From: a bacterium
GTDB lineage: Bacteria > Patescibacteriota > Minisyncoccia > Phycocordibacterales > PALSA-1337
Length of the DNA: 25,509 nt
Assembly (NCBI GenBank): GCA_030698965.1
Contig: JAUYLM010000055.1
Coordinates: forward strand, 1-25,509
Reading direction: 5' to 3'
The notes beneath the pieces were generated by a model that did no database searches, was not told the DNA's origin, and worked only from the letters and a program-made list of their open reading frames with translations. The position numbers and the translations under genes are program-made. Below, piece by piece: positions 24,094-25,509 of the stretch (its first letter is position 1; each line of letters begins with the position of its first letter).

Positions 24094-24780
24094 AAACCTA
24101 TATTTGATTATAGTCCATAGAATGAGAAAGCCGTGCTTCCAATTTATCTTTTTTCCTTCAGAATAGTTTCGTGGATAATAATGGATCGGCACATCAATAG
24201 TCCTGTAGCCTTTTTTCAAAACCTTGCATACAAGCTCATTATCAAAATCAAAGTTGTTAGTTTTCACTTCGATAGAGTCGGCCAGTTTCTTCGTGATAGC
24301 TTTATAGCATCCCTCGTATTCACCGGCATTGTTCAAGTATAGGATATTGGTAGTCCATGTTATGGCATAATTTCCAAGCAAGCCTAAAAAATAGAGAGGG
24401 GCATGATGGTCGTCCTTGCGCCTGCCTTGCATGCGGATGCCAAGAGTTAGCTCGCATCTGCCATCAAGAATTGGCTGTAAGACTGCTTTATAGTCTCTGG
24501 GATCATATTCCAAATCCGCGTCCTGAACTAGGAAAATATCTCCAGTCGCTTCCCTGAAGCCTCTTTTTACCGCAGCACCCTTCCCAGCTGACAGCTCCTT
24601 AATGACTTTTACACCATGGATCTTGCTAGCCACCATGAAAGTAGAGTCCTTTGAGTTATTATCGACGACGATAATTTCTTTCTCGAGACTGCCAATATCA
24701 GCGTCTTTAACAAGCTCGACTATTTTATCAATAGTCTTTTCTTCATTGTATGCAGGGATTATAATGGAAAGTTTTTTCAT
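24085..24780 (-). CDS. GT2 polyprenol-phosphate glycosyltransferase (DPM1/ArnC/GtrB-like)
   Basis: 231 aa. LSIIIPAYNEEKTI, IIVVDNNSKD, GKGAAVKRGF, VQDADLEYDP, DFDNELVCK, YYPRNYSEGKKINWKHG. Confidence 0.9.
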   Translation of the reverse strand: MKKLSIIIPAYNEEKTIDKIVELVKDADIGSLEKEIIVVDNNSKDSTFMVASKIHGVKVIKELSAGKGAAVKRGFREATGDIFLVQDADLEYDPRDYKAVLQPILDGRCELTLGIRMQGRRKDDHHAPLYFLGLLGNYAITWTTNILYLNNAGEYEGCYKAITKKLADSIEVKTNNFDFDNELVCKVLKKGYRTIDVPIHYYPRNYSEGKKINWKHGFLILWTIIKYRFIK

Positions 24781-24783
24781 AAT

Positions 24784-25509
24784 TTACTTTTTGCGAGCAA
24801 CTATATATAAATGCGCGGCAACTGCTTCGGCCCCGGGCAAATCAATGAACAGCAGATCGAAATATTTCAGAGGTCCGAGCACAAGCATAAAGATATGGGC
24901 CAGAAAAGGGGCAGTTTTTCTGGAACCAAATGAAAAAACTACTCCAAGGTAATACGCCAAGAACATGAGAAAAGCGCTCCAAGGACCTGATCTCACTCCG
25001 CTTTTTAAGATCTCCAAATCAGGGAAAAGTTCTTTCAGTCCGGAGAGAGTCCAACGATTAAAATCATATGGAGAAGCATGGTATGGATGGATGAATGGTG
25101 CACTGACATATATTATCCCGCCAGGCTTCAAGACTCTCGCGATCTCCTGCGCCACCTTTCCCGGGTGAGGGACATGCTCTAGCATAGACTCGCTCACAAG
25201 AGCTTCTATGGAATTGTCCTTGAAAGGCAACTTCTCCGCATCAGCTACGATATCGACTTCTGGAAACGGATATGTGTCTAGGTTTATAAATCTGTCTCCC
25301 AGACGTTCCGGACCGGAGCCTAGATCGATGATGGGGACTTCCGGAGGGATAAAGTCTTTGATCATGCGCGGACCGTGGCGGAGCATAAGCACAGGGCAAA
25401 AAGCATGCCAGATGCCATAGTACAGGCTTGGCCATTGCTTGAGAAAAGATTTGAGCCAGTTTATTCCTGTCTCGTGCTCGGTCTCATTACCTGTGAAGAT
25501 TTCTTTTTC
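24784..25509 (-). CDS. Class I SAM-dependent methyltransferase (Methyltransf_11-like), 5-prime end outside the window
   Basis: IIDLGSG, DIVADAEKLPF, ESMLEHVPHP, ARVLKPGGIIYVSAPF-HPYH-SPYDFNRWT. The frame stays open from the track GTG at 25392 to the window end (EKEIFTGNETEHETGINWLKSFLKQWPSLYYGIWHAFCPV...). Confidence 0.85.
   Translation of the reverse strand, partial: EKEIFTGNETEHETGINWLKSFLKQWPSLYYGIWHAFCPVLMLRHGPRMIKDFIPPEVPIIDLGSGPERLGDRFINLDTYPFPEVDIVADAEKLPFKDNSIEALVSESMLEHVPHPGKVAQEIARVLKPGGIIYVSAPFIHPYHASPYDFNRWTLSGLKELFPDLEILKSGVRSGPWSAFLMFLAYYLGVVFSFGSRKTAPFLAHIFMLVLGPLKYFDLLFIDLPGAEAVAAHLYIVARKK

Noticed and set aside
1-25509. CRISPR arrays, tRNA/rRNA genes, IS elements, integrases, stop-codon reassignment
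   Set aside because: No spaced direct repeats, cloverleaf or rRNA-like stretches or transposase motifs seen. Coding density is near complete under the standard code, leaving no unexplained gap over about 130 bp.

Overview
A densely packed 25.5-kb surface-glycan biosynthesis region with 25 intact-looking CDS, two of them cut by the window edges. It encodes a Wzy_C/O-antigen-ligase-like membrane protein, a PglK/MsbA-like ABC flippase and 8 glycosyltransferase-like proteins. Nucleotide-sugar enzymes are Gmd, a short UDP-glucose-dehydrogenase-like protein, two tandem ArnA/UXS-like SDRs, a DegT aminotransferase and a Nudix-like hydrolase. Decorating enzymes are an AsnB-type amidotransferase, a VioB-like acyltransferase and seven SAM-dependent methyltransferase-like proteins, including two sugar C-methyltransferases and a cobalamin-binding radical SAM enzyme. 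Genes switch strand eight times. Most block-leading genes have a TAnnnT (usually TG-extended) -10 element 6-10 nt before the ATG with no Shine-Dalgarno, suggesting leaderless transcripts. The compactness and the style of the ligase-like protein suggest a Patescibacteria/CPR host (inference only). I found no RNA genes, CRISPR arrays or mobile elements. The most interesting candidate system is a pathway for a heavily methylated, C-branched amino-sugar glycan that is flipped and transferred en bloc to an unknown acceptor.
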